A stretch of DNA of 36,374 bases, from NCBI GenBank assembly GCA_032128875.1, contig JAVLKG010000022.1, forward strand, positions 1 to 36,374, read 5' to 3'. A program made the translations under genes and the position numbers. Position 1 is the stretch's first letter. Every line of letters starts with the position of its first letter. Positions 11,326 to 21,696 of this stretch are shown piece by piece. Below the pieces are notes generated by a model that had not been told where the DNA came from, searched no databases, and saw nothing but the letters and a program-made list of their open reading frames with translations. Origin of the DNA: Candidatus Melainabacteria bacterium 17Bon1m (GTDB lineage: Bacteria; Cyanobacteriota; Vampirovibrionia; Obscuribacterales; Obscuribacteraceae).

Positions 11326-12689
11326 CGAGAAAATCCATACGCAAACAGCTTTTGGTCTTGTTTGTGCCTTTTGTTTTTGGTCTATGGATAGCAAGTGCGG
11401 CTGTCGGATTCTGGCTTATTTCAACGCTCTCCGCTGATTCATTTGATAAGGACTTACTCAACTCTGCGGATTCGGTAGTCGGTCGCTTGCGCACAAAAGA
11501 GGGAAAAGTGGTGGCAGATCTGCCACCTGCCGCACTAGCAATATTGAAGCACGATGAAGCGGACAAACTCTTCTTTAGTGTGCTCAGTGTCGATGGCAAG
11601 CATATCGCAGGAGACAACGTTATACCGGTGCCAGCAGGCGACCTTTCACTGAAATCACCACGAGTTGTAGACGGGCAAATTGCCGGAAAGGATGTTCGCA
11701 TAGCGGAGATAAAAGCATCGGTAGATAGCGGCGAAACTGTAATCGTACAGGTAGCTGAAACAACAAACGTGCGTCGAACGTTTCAGCAAAAACTTCTGCT
11801 CAGCATCGCAATTCCCCAACTCGTTGTGATATTTCTGGCGTTTGCTGCAGTTTTCTATGGCATCGACAGAATTCTTACACCTCTGAGAACCTTGCAATCG
11901 CAGCTTTCACTGCGATCTGAAGCCGATTTTAAAGCGCTTGAAGAAAATGGGGCGCCATCCGAGGTTTACCCTCTGGTTAAGGCGATCAACAATCTTTTCC
12001 ATAAGACGGAGGAAAAGATCAGCGCACAGCATCGTTTCATCGCAAATGCAGCGCATCAGTTAAGAACCCCTTTGGCCGGGTTGAAAACTTACACAAGCTT
12101 GGGTCCGGAGATAAACGATTTAGACGAGCTTCAAGAATTAGTCCGAGATGTAGATCGCGGTGTCGACCGAGCAACACGAATGGTTTCTCAACTACTAGCA
12201 TTAGCTCGAACAGATGCAAAAGGAGAGACAATTGCAAGCGCCGTTGATTTGAATTTTTTGGTATCAGATGTGGTGAGTGAATTAGTTCATCAAGCTGTCT
12301 TGAAGAACATCAATCTTACTTTTGAATCATCCCCAACTGGAGCTATTCTTGCGGGCGAACCTATGAGCCTGAAACACCTGGTAGCAAACCTTGTAGAGAA
12401 CTCCATTCTGTATACGCCGCCAGGAGGAAGCATATTGGTAAGGGTGCAGAAAAATGGCCAGGTAAAGCTTACAGTAAGTGATACAGGACCAGGGATTCCA
12501 GCGAAGGAAAGAGAAAACATCTTCGAGCGATTCTACAGAATCGTCGGCACAAAAGGTGAAGGAAGCGGACTGGGACTTTCGATTGTCAAAGAAGTAGCTA
12601 GTAAACACAAGGCAAAAATTTCAATTGAAGATGATCCTTCAAATCGAGGAGCTACTTTTGTTGTTGAGTTTCCAGCAGAACGAGAGTAA
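11322..12689 (+). CDS. Sensor histidine kinase (TctE/QseC-like, 2CSK_N-type sensor)
   Basis: Two TM segments, FDKDLLNSA, H-box ANAAHQLRTPLAGL, N-box NLVENS, DTGPGIP, FERFYR, GSGLGL; ATGA overlap with the regulator. Confidence 0.93.
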   Translation: MTRKSIRKQLLVLFVPFVFGLWIASAAVGFWLISTLSADSFDKDLLNSADSVVGRLRTKEGKVVADLPPAALAILKHDEADKLFFSVLSVDGKHIAGDNVIPVPAGDLSLKSPRVVDGQIAGKDVRIAEIKASVDSGETVIVQVAETTNVRRTFQQKLLLSIAIPQLVVIFLAFAAVFYGIDRILTPLRTLQSQLSLRSEADFKALEENGAPSEVYPLVKAINNLFHKTEEKISAQHRFIANAAHQLRTPLAGLKTYTSLGPEINDLDELQELVRDVDRGVDRATRMVSQLLALARTDAKGETIASAVDLNFLVSDVVSELVHQAVLKNINLTFESSPTGAILAGEPMSLKHLVANLVENSILYTPPGGSILVRVQKNGQVKLTVSDTGPGIPAKERENIFERFYRIVGTKGEGSGLGLSIVKEVASKHKAKISIEDDPSNRGATFVVEFPAERE

Positions 12690-12694
12690 ATTTT

Positions 12695-12710
12695 GAAAGC
12701 ATTCTGAAAG
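12695..12710 (+). promoter_or_regulatory. Direct-repeat box 2 upstream of the CaCA/NhaP genes
   Basis: GAAAG-CATTCT-GAAAG; weak -10-like TAAAAG 10 nt downstream (12721-12726). Confidence 0.6.
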
Positions 12711-12837
12711 AGGGACAAGGTAAAAGTCTGGCGGGCAATTTTAGGCTTTGTTGGGACATCGAGTCAAAGTACAAAAAAGCTACAAGATATACCCGCCGCT
12801 ATACAAAACTCTGTAAAATAGGCTCACTACTGCAATT

Positions 12838-13851
12838 GTGCCAATGTTGATTTGGATTGAGTTCTTAATTTGCGCCGGAGTAATACTTTACTCCGGCAGC
12901 CGCTTGAGTATTTACGGAGACTTAATTGCCGAAAAGACTGGGCTTGGTAAGAGCTGGGTCGGACTGGTGTTACTCGCTACTGTTACTTCACTGCCGGAAC
13001 TCATAACCGGCGTAAGTGCAGTAACTTTGAATGATCTACCAGACATGGCTGTCAGCGGAACAATCGGCAGTTGCATGTTTAACATGATGGTGATTGCGTT
13101 GCTCGACTTTTTGTCGAAGAAAAGGCCTGTTTCAGACTTAGTGCATGATGGTCACATGCTGTCGTGCGGATTTGGAATCGTTCTTTTGGGGCTGGTTGCA
13201 ATCGACATCGGCTTCGGCAAATTCTTTCCAGTTTTAACAAGCCTAAATTCAATAGATCCAGTGAGCATTCTTTTCATCGCGGTCTACCTCCTTTCCATGC
13301 GGCTGATTTACGATTACGAGAAAAGCAGGATAAATGAGTTTGCTGGTGAACTTGGAGAATCTAGCGAAGGTACAAAAACTGGTTTAAAAAAGACGATAGC
13401 AATGTTTATCGTCAATTCAGTCGTGATTATCACAGCTGCTTGTTTCTTGCCCGAACTTGGTGAGCAAATAGCCAAGCAAACAGGTTGGGGTGAAAGCTTT
13501 GTCGGTTCGTCCTTCATCGCCATTACGACCTCCCTTCCGGAGATAACGGTATCATTCACAGCCGCAAGAATGGGCTCTTTCGATATGGCAGTTGCGAATT
13601 TGCTTGGAAGTAATCTATTCAACGTTGCCATTCTTGCCGTCACGGATCTTTGTTATGTCAAAGCACCACTTCTTAGATCCGTTTCCGCAGTCAACTCCTC
13701 GACTGCGATTTGTGCAATGATCGCGCTATCTATAGTGGTTATAGGTCTAACCTATCGCTCCAAGAGAAAGTTTCTCTTTCTCGCAGGAGACGCCATGGCC
13801 ATCGCAGTCGTATACATCATTGCCAATTCTATTCTTTTTCTGGCCCGCTAA
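12838..13851 (+). CDS. Sodium:calcium antiporter (CaCA family)
   Basis: Two alpha-repeats LATVTSLPEL and IAITTSLPEI, plus NLLGSNLFN; about 10 TM segments; start 12838 or 12844. Confidence 0.9.
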   Translation: MPMLIWIEFLICAGVILYSGSRLSIYGDLIAEKTGLGKSWVGLVLLATVTSLPELITGVSAVTLNDLPDMAVSGTIGSCMFNMMVIALLDFLSKKRPVSDLVHDGHMLSCGFGIVLLGLVAIDIGFGKFFPVLTSLNSIDPVSILFIAVYLLSMRLIYDYEKSRINEFAGELGESSEGTKTGLKKTIAMFIVNSVVIITAACFLPELGEQIAKQTGWGESFVGSSFIAITTSLPEITVSFTAARMGSFDMAVANLLGSNLFNVAILAVTDLCYVKAPLLRSVSAVNSSTAICAMIALSIVVIGLTYRSKRKFLFLAGDAMAIAVVYIIANSILFLAR

Positions 13852-13967
13852 ATATTCATCGCCGAGCGGCAGTAGCCGGACAGAAGCTTTGTCGTCGGCA
13901 GCAAGTGCTATTCTCTTTCTTGACACAGGAGACCTAGGCGCCAGTTCTCAAGAAGGCTGCACAAACA

Positions 13968-15542
13968 TTGGAAGTGAGCTCTAATCTCAATTTCTACCTT
14001 CTTTTTACGATGCTCCTTTTGGCATCCGGCGTAGCAATTGTGACCAAATGGATCCAACTTCCATACTCAATTGCTCTCGTGATTGTCGGCTTACTCATAG
14101 GCATTTTTCATTTCTTGCCCGTCGTGACTATGACGCCGGAATTGATTTTGCTCATATTCCTTCCGGTGCTGCTGTTTGAAGCCTCTTGGAACCTGCATAT
14201 CGACTGGCTGAAGATTTGCTACCGTCCTGTGACATTGCTAGCCACGGTTGGCGTCTTCCTTTCGACAATTTGTGTAGCGCTAGTCATGAACGTAATGACA
14301 GGGGTAGATTTCAAAATCGCGCTTTTATTCGGCGCAATGATTTCCGCAACTGATCCGATTTCAGTATTGGCGCTTTTCAAAAGGCTAAAGGTCAATCGGC
14401 GGTTGCACACAATTCTGGAAGGCGAGAGCCTTCTGAACGACGGCACCGCAGTTGCGCTCTTCAGGGTTTTACTGGCGACCGTGTTGTTGAATGGTAACTT
14501 GTCCTTCCCTAACGTCGTGACGGACTTTGTGATACTCACTTGTGGCGGAACAGTTGTAGGAGCCGTAGTCGGACTCGCTGCCTCGAAGCTCACGCAGTTT
14601 TTTGACGACCACCTATTAGAGACGACTTTGACGGTTTTGGTCGCCTATGGTTCATACATTCTTGGCGAACAGCTGCATGTATCGTCCGTTATTTCTGTTC
14701 TTGTTGCCGGATTTATCATGGGCAATTTCGGCAGCCGCAGAAGCATGTCTGCAAAAACTCGACTTTCTGTCGACTCATTTTGGGAATATGCAGCTTTCAT
14801 AGCGGAATCTCTTGTTTTTCTTTTGATCGGCATGCAGATTAAGTTTCCACTGGTTATCAAATACGCGCCATTTATCGCTGCCGGCATTTTCGCTATCTTG
14901 ATCGCGCGGGCATTGGTCGTCTATTTGCTAATGTTCATTGCCAAAGAAAGGAAACATACGATTCCACTTTCTTGGCAGCATTTGCTTTTCTGGGGAGGAC
15001 TCAGAGGCTCTCTGTGCATGGCAATGGCCTTAAGTCTTCCTACAAATTTTCCTCAACGCGAAATGCTCGTGGTGACTACCTTCGGAGTTGCACTTTTTAC
15101 TCTGCTGGTGCCAGGGCTGACCATGGAGCCGCTGGTTAGAGTCCTCAAAGTAGCTACATCACGCGCGTCAAAGAGTACAGAATTGCAACATGAACTCGAA
15201 AAACTGAAAGATGAAAAACGAAGTTTGGGCAAAGCGGTTAAGGCCGCTGTACAAGGCAAAAAAGAATATCGCCAAAAAGAATTGGAAATTGACCAAAGAA
15301 TTAGCGAAACCGAGCAGCTCATAGAAATTTTGGATTCCAGCGAAGATGACAACGATGAAGCGGAGCGGCTACAAATCGAAACAGCCCTGCTCAGGGCACA
15401 AAAGGATTGCTTGGTCGAACTGTCCAGAAAATCAAGTTCGAAGCCTGAAGTCTTGAGTGAGTTTAGAGAGAGAGTTGACGCGCGCTTTGTTCAACTGAGA
15501 GCAGAACAGCACGAAAGGGAATTGCCGCCAAAAGACTCATAA
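13968..15542 (+). CDS. Na+/H+ antiporter, CPA1/NhaP family (copy 1)
   Basis: FLPVLLFEA, SATDPISVLALF, LEGESLLNDG, WGGLRG; charged helical C-terminal tail; TTG start. Confidence 0.93.
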   Translation: MEVSSNLNFYLLFTMLLLASGVAIVTKWIQLPYSIALVIVGLLIGIFHFLPVVTMTPELILLIFLPVLLFEASWNLHIDWLKICYRPVTLLATVGVFLSTICVALVMNVMTGVDFKIALLFGAMISATDPISVLALFKRLKVNRRLHTILEGESLLNDGTAVALFRVLLATVLLNGNLSFPNVVTDFVILTCGGTVVGAVVGLAASKLTQFFDDHLLETTLTVLVAYGSYILGEQLHVSSVISVLVAGFIMGNFGSRRSMSAKTRLSVDSFWEYAAFIAESLVFLLIGMQIKFPLVIKYAPFIAAGIFAILIARALVVYLLMFIAKERKHTIPLSWQHLLFWGGLRGSLCMAMALSLPTNFPQREMLVVTTFGVALFTLLVPGLTMEPLVRVLKVATSRASKSTELQHELEKLKDEKRSLGKAVKAAVQGKKEYRQKELEIDQRISETEQLIEILDSSEDDNDEAERLQIETALLRAQKDCLVELSRKSSSKPEVLSEFRERVDARFVQLRAEQHERELPPKDS

Positions 15543-15609
15543 AGAGATGAAATGCACGATAATAGGCAAACGCAAAAACTACTAAAAACCGGGCTTCCCA
15601 GGCGCTCTT

Positions 15610-17163
15610 ATGCACGATACATTTCACATTGACCTATTCGTTGTTCTGCTCATGGTTACAGCAGCAGTAGCGATGGTTGTGAAGTGGATCAAGTTGCCTT
15701 ACTCAATAAGCCTAGTGATTGTTGGTTTATTCATTGGCGTATTCCACTTATTGCCAATAGTCGAAATGACACCTGAGCTTATTTTGCTCGTCTTCCTTCC
15801 CGCGCTTTTATTCGAAGCTTCCTGGAATATAGACATAAAGGAATTAAAGAGAAGCTGGCTGGCGATTCTAATTCTTGCTGTGCCTGGTGTCGTTATCTCG
15901 ATGGCAGTTGTTGCCTACATCATGCATCTAGCAATTGGAATGCCGCTCAAAGTGGCGTTTCTTTTCGGAGCCATGATTTCTGCGACCGATCCTATTTCTG
16001 TTCTTGCCCTCTTTCGAAAACTGGGCATGAACAAACGACTCACGATGATCCTTGAAGGGGAGAGTCTCTTCAATGACGGCACAGCAGTTGTCCTCTTCAA
16101 ACTCATTCTTGCACTGCTTGTAGCTGATACGCAATTTTCATTCACTGACAGCGCCGGCAATTTCCTCCTGGTCGTACTGGGAGGAAGTTTCGTTGGATGC
16201 GCACTGGGATATACCGCATCTCGAATTACGGCTTTCTTCGATGATCACTTACTTGAAATTACTCTGACAACAATACTTGCTTATGGGGCATTCTTAATAG
16301 CCGAACAATTGAGAGTATCACCCGTAATAAGCGTAGTAGCGGCAGGCATTGTGATGGGAAATTACGGTAGCAGAGCATCGATGTCAGCGACGACAAGATT
16401 GGCGGTGAATTCGTTTTGGGAATATGCAGCTTTTCTCGTGAACTCACTGGTATTTCTGCTCATTGGTTTGCAGGTAAAGTTCGACCTTCTTCAAAAGTAC
16501 TCATTACCAATAGCTTTCGCCATTCTAGCTATTCTTGTTTCTAGAGCCATCGTCGTATACGGACTGACTCCATTTTTTGCTAAGAAAATAGCGCCGATTC
16601 CTTGGAGTTGGAGAAATCTGTTGTTTTGGGGAGCATTGAGAGGCTCTCTCTCAATGGCTCTGGCACTGAGTCTACCAACTTCCATAGCCTATAGAGAAGA
16701 ATTACTTATCACCACATTCGGTGTCGTGCTCTTCACTTTGTTGCTTCCTGGATTAACGATAGAACCGCTGGTTAAGCTGTTCAAGATGAATCCGGGAGAC
16801 CCAAAACTAACTGCTTACAAAGAGCTTAAGAGCGTTCAGATGTCCAACACTAAAGCGTTGGATTTTCTCGAAGGGCTTAAGAGGCAAGGTTCAATAACAG
16901 AGCAGGGCTACCTTCGATTAAAAGAAGAATTGAATCAATCACAGCAACTGACAAGAGACTCAATTGAAGATTTGCATGTCGCCGATGCTTCCATTCAAGA
17001 GTTGGAATTCTCTGAAGTCAAACGTTCTCTTCTTGAGTTAAGGAAAGACTATTTAGTCATGCTGTCCAGAGAAGGGCTTCTTGCGCAAGACAGTCTAGAG
17101 AAACTGAAGCTTGAAATCGATCAGCAGATTCACGAGCTTGATGAAAAACAACAAAATGCGTGA
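15610..17163 (+). CDS. Na+/H+ antiporter, CPA1/NhaP family (copy 2)
   Basis: FLPALLFEA, SATDPISVLALF, LEGESLFNDG, WGALRG; clear paralog of the upstream gene. Confidence 0.93.
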   Translation: MHDTFHIDLFVVLLMVTAAVAMVVKWIKLPYSISLVIVGLFIGVFHLLPIVEMTPELILLVFLPALLFEASWNIDIKELKRSWLAILILAVPGVVISMAVVAYIMHLAIGMPLKVAFLFGAMISATDPISVLALFRKLGMNKRLTMILEGESLFNDGTAVVLFKLILALLVADTQFSFTDSAGNFLLVVLGGSFVGCALGYTASRITAFFDDHLLEITLTTILAYGAFLIAEQLRVSPVISVVAAGIVMGNYGSRASMSATTRLAVNSFWEYAAFLVNSLVFLLIGLQVKFDLLQKYSLPIAFAILAILVSRAIVVYGLTPFFAKKIAPIPWSWRNLLFWGALRGSLSMALALSLPTSIAYREELLITTFGVVLFTLLLPGLTIEPLVKLFKMNPGDPKLTAYKELKSVQMSNTKALDFLEGLKRQGSITEQGYLRLKEELNQSQQLTRDSIEDLHVADASIQELEFSEVKRSLLELRKDYLVMLSREGLLAQDSLEKLKLEIDQQIHELDEKQQNA

Positions 17164-17210
17164 TTTCCTTTATCTCGATTTTCTGGCTTCATTTGCGAAA
17201 CGCGGTTTTT

Positions 17211-17226
17211 GAAAGCAGTTTGAAAG
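17211..17226 (+). promoter_or_regulatory. Direct-repeat box 3 upstream of the APC permease
   Basis: GAAAG-CAGTTT-GAAAG, preceded by TTTT as in boxes 1 and 2. Confidence 0.6.
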
Positions 17227-17257
17227 TCACCTGCGAAAAAATTTGCATCTGAACTAA

Positions 17258-19225
17258 ATGAGTTTGAAAACTGATAAGAAGCCGTTTTCAGACAAGGCGT
17301 GCAATATAAAAGTGTTAAACACCTCACAGCGAAGTTCGGCTCTCGGGCGCTGGTTCTTCAAAGGACTTGAATCGGGCAAACACCTGCAACCATCTCATCA
17401 GGATGCATGGTGGAAAGTGATGTGCCTGACAGGCGTGGACTATTTTTCTACTCTCGGATACCAACCTGGTATAGCATTTTTGGCTGCCGGAGCTTTATCG
17501 CCCATTGCCACATCACTGGTTGTGCTTCTGACCCTTTTCGGACTGGTTCCACTGTATTCGAGGGTGGCAAGGGAAAGTCCTTTTGGTCAGGGAAGTATAG
17601 CTATGCTGGAAAACCTCTTGCCTGGCTGGCATGGAAAAACCTTGATCTTAGTGTTGCTGGGGTTTGTTGCAACCAGCTGGATAATAACAATAACTTTGTC
17701 GGCTGCTGATGCAGCCGCTCACATTGTGGAAAACCCTCTTGTTCCGACCTTTCCAGCCAGCAGAATGATAATCACGCTTTCAATGCTTGCCGTGCTAGGC
17801 GTAATTTTCCTGCGGGGCTTTCGCGAAGCGATCGGCATCTCCGTAGCAATCGTTTGCTTTTACATGGTCTGTAACGCAGTAGTTATTTGGCACGGCATCG
17901 GGGAGATCGCTGCAAAGCCCATTTACTTACAACAGTGGAAAGACAATCTCTTTGCCACCCACCATAATATTCCAACCATGATCGGCTTATCGATGCTCCT
18001 TTTTCCAAAATTGGCTCTCGGAATGTCGGGTTTTGAGACCGGTGTTGCAGTTATGCCCTTGGTGAAAGGCGATGCAGGAGACGTTGCATCACAGCCAATC
18101 GGAAGAATTAGAAATACCAAGAAGTTACTTATCACCGCAGCTCTAATTATGGCGCTGGGACTTTTGGGCAGCAGCTTTGTCACTGCTTTACTGATTCCGC
18201 CGGAGCTGTTCAAAGATGGCGCAGAAGCAAATGGCAGGGCTTTAGCGTACTTAGCTCATCACTTCTTTGGAAGAACAATCGGAACTATTTACGACTTAAG
18301 CACTATTCTAATTCTTTGGTTCGCCGGTGCATCGGCACTGGCTGGGTTACTGACTCTCGTTCCCAGATACCTACCTAGATACGGAATGGCTCCGGATTGG
18401 GCAAGAGCTGAAAGACCACTAGTACTGGTCTTTGTTGCAATCAGTATTTTAGTAACTCTAGTCTTTAATGCTGATGTTGATGCTCAAGCAGGTGCTTACG
18501 CGACGGGCGTACTGGTTTTGTTTACGTCCGCGAGCTTCGCGGCGGTGCTGTCAGCTCGAAAAGAGAGTGTTCTAAGGCGACTGCTCTATGGATCAATCTT
18601 TTTTGTTTTCATTTATACGCTCTTCACAAACATGGTCGAAAGACCGGAAGGCGTTCAGATAGCTGCACTTTTCATTGTTGCCATCTTGTGCACGTCTTTG
18701 TTGTCTAGAGCTATGCGTTCTCTCGAATTACGAATCGAAGAAGTAAAGTTGGATGATGCGGCTAAGGAATTCGTAGAAACATCTCTCGCCCACAATCGCC
18801 AAGTACATTTGCTTGCTAGAAGACCAGGCGGTTCGGACTACATGGAAAAAGAAGCTGAAACACGAGACCTCCATAAGTTGTACGTCGAAGATGTTGATTT
18901 CATCTTCATGGAAGTAGAACTTAGCGACCCTTCAGAATTTGATGAAGAGACGCTTTTCATTACAGGACACAAGGAGGGCGGCTTTCCTGTACTAAGCTGC
19001 AAAAGCCCTGCGATAGCAAATGCAATCGCCGCTACACTACTCCATCTTCGCGACACTACGAACACGATTCCGCATGTCTACTTCGGTTGGACTGAAGGCA
19101 ACCCGGTAAGCTACATCTTCAAATATGTATTCCTTGGCGAAGGTGAAACAGCTCCGGTAACCCGCGAGATTTTGCGCAGGGTGGAAAGAAACCCCAGCCG
19201 GCGCCCTAAAGTAATCGTGGGATAG
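17258..19225 (+). CDS. APC-superfamily permease with cytoplasmic C-terminal domain
   Basis: [32 protein letters not shown], about 12 TM segments, soluble tail with [12 protein letters not shown]; substrate unknown, start uncertain. Confidence 0.82.
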   Translation: MSLKTDKKPFSDKACNIKVLNTSQRSSALGRWFFKGLESGKHLQPSHQDAWWKVMCLTGVDYFSTLGYQPGIAFLAAGALSPIATSLVVLLTLFGLVPLYSRVARESPFGQGSIAMLENLLPGWHGKTLILVLLGFVATSWIITITLSAADAAAHIVENPLVPTFPASRMIITLSMLAVLGVIFLRGFREAIGISVAIVCFYMVCNAVVIWHGIGEIAAKPIYLQQWKDNLFATHHNIPTMIGLSMLLFPKLALGMSGFETGVAVMPLVKGDAGDVASQPIGRIRNTKKLLITAALIMALGLLGSSFVTALLIPPELFKDGAEANGRALAYLAHHFFGRTIGTIYDLSTILILWFAGASALAGLLTLVPRYLPRYGMAPDWARAERPLVLVFVAISILVTLVFNADVDAQAGAYATGVLVLFTSASFAAVLSARKESVLRRLLYGSIFFVFIYTLFTNMVERPEGVQIAALFIVAILCTSLLSRAMRSLELRIEEVKLDDAAKEFVETSLAHNRQVHLLARRPGGSDYMEKEAETRDLHKLYVEDVDFIFMEVELSDPSEFDEETLFITGHKEGGFPVLSCKSPAIANAIAATLLHLRDTTNTIPHVYFGWTEGNPVSYIFKYVFLGEGETAPVTREILRRVERNPSRRPKVIVG

Positions 19226-19235
19226 CGAGGAGCGC

Positions 19236-20507
19236 CTAAATAAAACCTTTCTGAACAAGGAACAGGTAGATAGAACTAAGTATCAATGTTTCGATGGTAA
19301 TGATGATGCCAACGAACGAGAACTCAGCAAATGAAATTTTTTCTCCATTGGTATGAGCTATATCGGCAGCAACAACATTGGCAGTAGCTCCAATCAACGA
19401 CCCATTACCGCCCAAACATGCGCCTAGAGAAAGCGCCCACCATAGCGTTGGATTGTGCTCTCCGCTTTGAATAGTTTCCACAATAGGAATCATAGTTGCG
19501 GTGTAAGGGATATTATCAATTACAGCCGAGCACAAAGCAGACAACCAAAGAACCATCATTGAAACAGCAAAGGGACTGTGTTTTCCCACGAGGCTCAATA
19601 GATCTTGCGCAACCAGTTTAAGCGCGCCGGTTGCTTCCACAGCGCCCACAATAATGTATAAGCCTATAAAAAAGAAAATTGTAGTCCACTCAACGTCGTT
19701 CCAAATGTTTTTCCTGTTCTCGAAAATCAGCAGTGCTGATGCACCTGCAACAGCGATTGTCCCTGCTTCAAGGTTGAGCATTCCATGAAAGATAAATCCG
19801 ATTATCACCATGAAAATTACGACCAGCGCCTTAATCATTAATGGTCTATCGGTTATTTCATCTTTCGCCGACAAATTAGCCAACTCTCCCTTTGCATCTG
19901 CACTTGCCTTAAGTGATTTCCTGTAAATGAGGAAAAGAGTGCCAAGAATCACAGGGAAAATGATCAAAATAAATGGAGCTAGCGTGATAAGAAACTGGTA
20001 AAAATCAAGCCCTGCAGCGCTGCCAATCATAATGTTGGGAGGGTCGCCGATCAATGTCGCTGTACCTCCGACATTCGAGCAAATTGCCTCGCAAATCAAG
20101 AAAGGAACAGGATTCATCTTCAACCGGCGGGTAATTACGCAGGTAACGGTGCCCAGAAGCAAGACAGTTGTGACATTATCGAGAAATGCAGATAAGAAGC
20201 CGGAAAGAGTCGAGAAAGCCAAGATCAGCTTAGAGGGACTTCCCTCCGTCGACTTCGCAGCCCAAATTGCTATGCAATTCAGAAGCCCGGTGTGGCTAAG
20301 AATATTGACAAGAATCATCATGCCGAAAAGCAAGGCAATCACGTTAAAGTCAATAGAGTTGAAGGCCTCTTTTTGGCTTATGACATGACAAGAAACCAGT
20401 GCAGACGCACCGAGCAGAGCTGTAACAACGCGTGGTATTCGCTCCCACAACATAAAGACGTAGGTTAGAAGCAATACGGTGACGCTGAAGATGAGCTTCC
20501 AGTCCAA
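19236..20507 (-). CDS. ArsB/NhaD-family (IT superfamily) ion transporter
   Basis: AFLDNVTTVLL, SNVGGTATLIGDPPNIMIG, IDNIPY, GACLGGNGSLIGATAN; TTG start. Confidence 0.88.
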   Translation of the reverse strand: MDWKLIFSVTVLLLTYVFMLWERIPRVVTALLGASALVSCHVISQKEAFNSIDFNVIALLFGMMILVNILSHTGLLNCIAIWAAKSTEGSPSKLILAFSTLSGFLSAFLDNVTTVLLLGTVTCVITRRLKMNPVPFLICEAICSNVGGTATLIGDPPNIMIGSAAGLDFYQFLITLAPFILIIFPVILGTLFLIYRKSLKASADAKGELANLSAKDEITDRPLMIKALVVIFMVIIGFIFHGMLNLEAGTIAVAGASALLIFENRKNIWNDVEWTTIFFFIGLYIIVGAVEATGALKLVAQDLLSLVGKHSPFAVSMMVLWLSALCSAVIDNIPYTATMIPIVETIQSGEHNPTLWWALSLGACLGGNGSLIGATANVVAADIAHTNGEKISFAEFSFVGIIITIETLILSSIYLFLVQKGFI

Positions 20508-20676
20508 AGTGATTCCTGAAAAGAAGTGGTGGCAGACGTCCGTAGCCTGCCGCCGGAAGAGTAATGTGTCAATTATACATTTGCGCCAATCCGTAATTTA
20601 CCTCTCGCCAAGAATCACATCTCACACTCTGGCGCAAAATGCACTATTATCGTTTTGACTTTCTTTGCCGCAAAAA

Positions 20677-21435
20677 ATGAATCTGTACATCGGATTGCTT
20701 TTAGTTCTAGCTGTTGTTATGGGCTCCGTACTGGGTCTAATATACTTTCGTCGCTGGCTAAAGACACCTGATCTAGCAGTACAACACGATATCACCGACC
20801 CGTACTCGCAATTTGTCGCAATGCTGTTTGCCGTCTTGCTTGGGTTTATGGTCGCCGATGCTATGCAAAGATTCGGCGATGCACGGATGACCGTGCAACA
20901 AGAGGCATCCGCTTTGGGGAACGTCTATAGGCTCGCCGAAGGTATCGGTGGCGAGCAGCAATTGAAATTGCGCAACCTCTGCAAGCAATACGCAAAAACA
21001 GTTATCGAGGACGAATGGCCCAAAATGGGCAACAAACAAGACAGCAAGGAAGCCTGGAAAGTCTACCGAGAGCTCTGGGCAGAATGTTCTCATTACGAAC
21101 CGACGAGCACGCGCCAGAGCAATGCTCAATCAGCTCTCATGGATTGCATGAAAGCAGTAGGAGAAAATCGAAGGCTGCGAGTTGAAGCTCTTCACAGCGG
21201 TCTGCCCGTCGAACTATGGGCTGTGCTTTTTCTTGGCGGTGGAACCACCATTCTTTTCACCTACTTCTTCAATGCGAAGAACATAAAAATTCAAGCGCTA
21301 ATGGTAGGTATTGTCAGTCTTGTGATCTGCTTGAACTTGTTTTTGCTGATGACTTATGACGACCCGTTCTACGGCGATGTCATGGTTACGCCTTCCGCTT
21401 TCGAAACACAACTAAAACTGTATGCGCTTGATTAG
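20677..21435 (+). CDS. DUF4239-like membrane protein
   Basis: FAVLLGF, QQEASAL, VIEDEWPKM, RRLR, YDDPFYGDVMVTP; four hydrophobic segments. Confidence 0.78.
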   Translation: MNLYIGLLLVLAVVMGSVLGLIYFRRWLKTPDLAVQHDITDPYSQFVAMLFAVLLGFMVADAMQRFGDARMTVQQEASALGNVYRLAEGIGGEQQLKLRNLCKQYAKTVIEDEWPKMGNKQDSKEAWKVYRELWAECSHYEPTSTRQSNAQSALMDCMKAVGENRRLRVEALHSGLPVELWAVLFLGGGTTILFTYFFNAKNIKIQALMVGIVSLVICLNLFLLMTYDDPFYGDVMVTPSAFETQLKLYALD

Positions 21436-21589
21436 AGCTCGCCTAGCAGCCTTAAGTAGCAAGACCACTTAATTGCCTGGACCAGCAAAACTCTAAGCGC
21501 TCAGAAGGTCACAGACGCTTCTAATGAATTGCTTTAATCTGGTTCAAATCCCAGAATATGTCTTATCAACAAATTGCAATTGGATTTCC

Positions 21590-21605
21590 GAAAGCGTTTT
21601 GCAAG
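21590..21605 (+). promoter_or_regulatory. Direct-repeat box 4, between convergent genes
   Basis: GAAAG-CGTTTT-GCAAG, one mismatch from box 1. Confidence 0.5.
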
Positions 21606-21696
21606 GGTCGCATGCATCTCCAAGGTTTTACGATCGCTCTTGCGAACGTTTAGAATTCAGCAACACATCTTCGCTACGGTCCAGTTGCTGAATTGG

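Noticed and set aside
12711-12837. Possible cation riboswitch before the CaCA gene (GGCGGG/CCCGCC pairing)
   Set aside because: Only short complementary segments and no recognisable riboswitch consensus; an Rfam/Infernal search would be needed.
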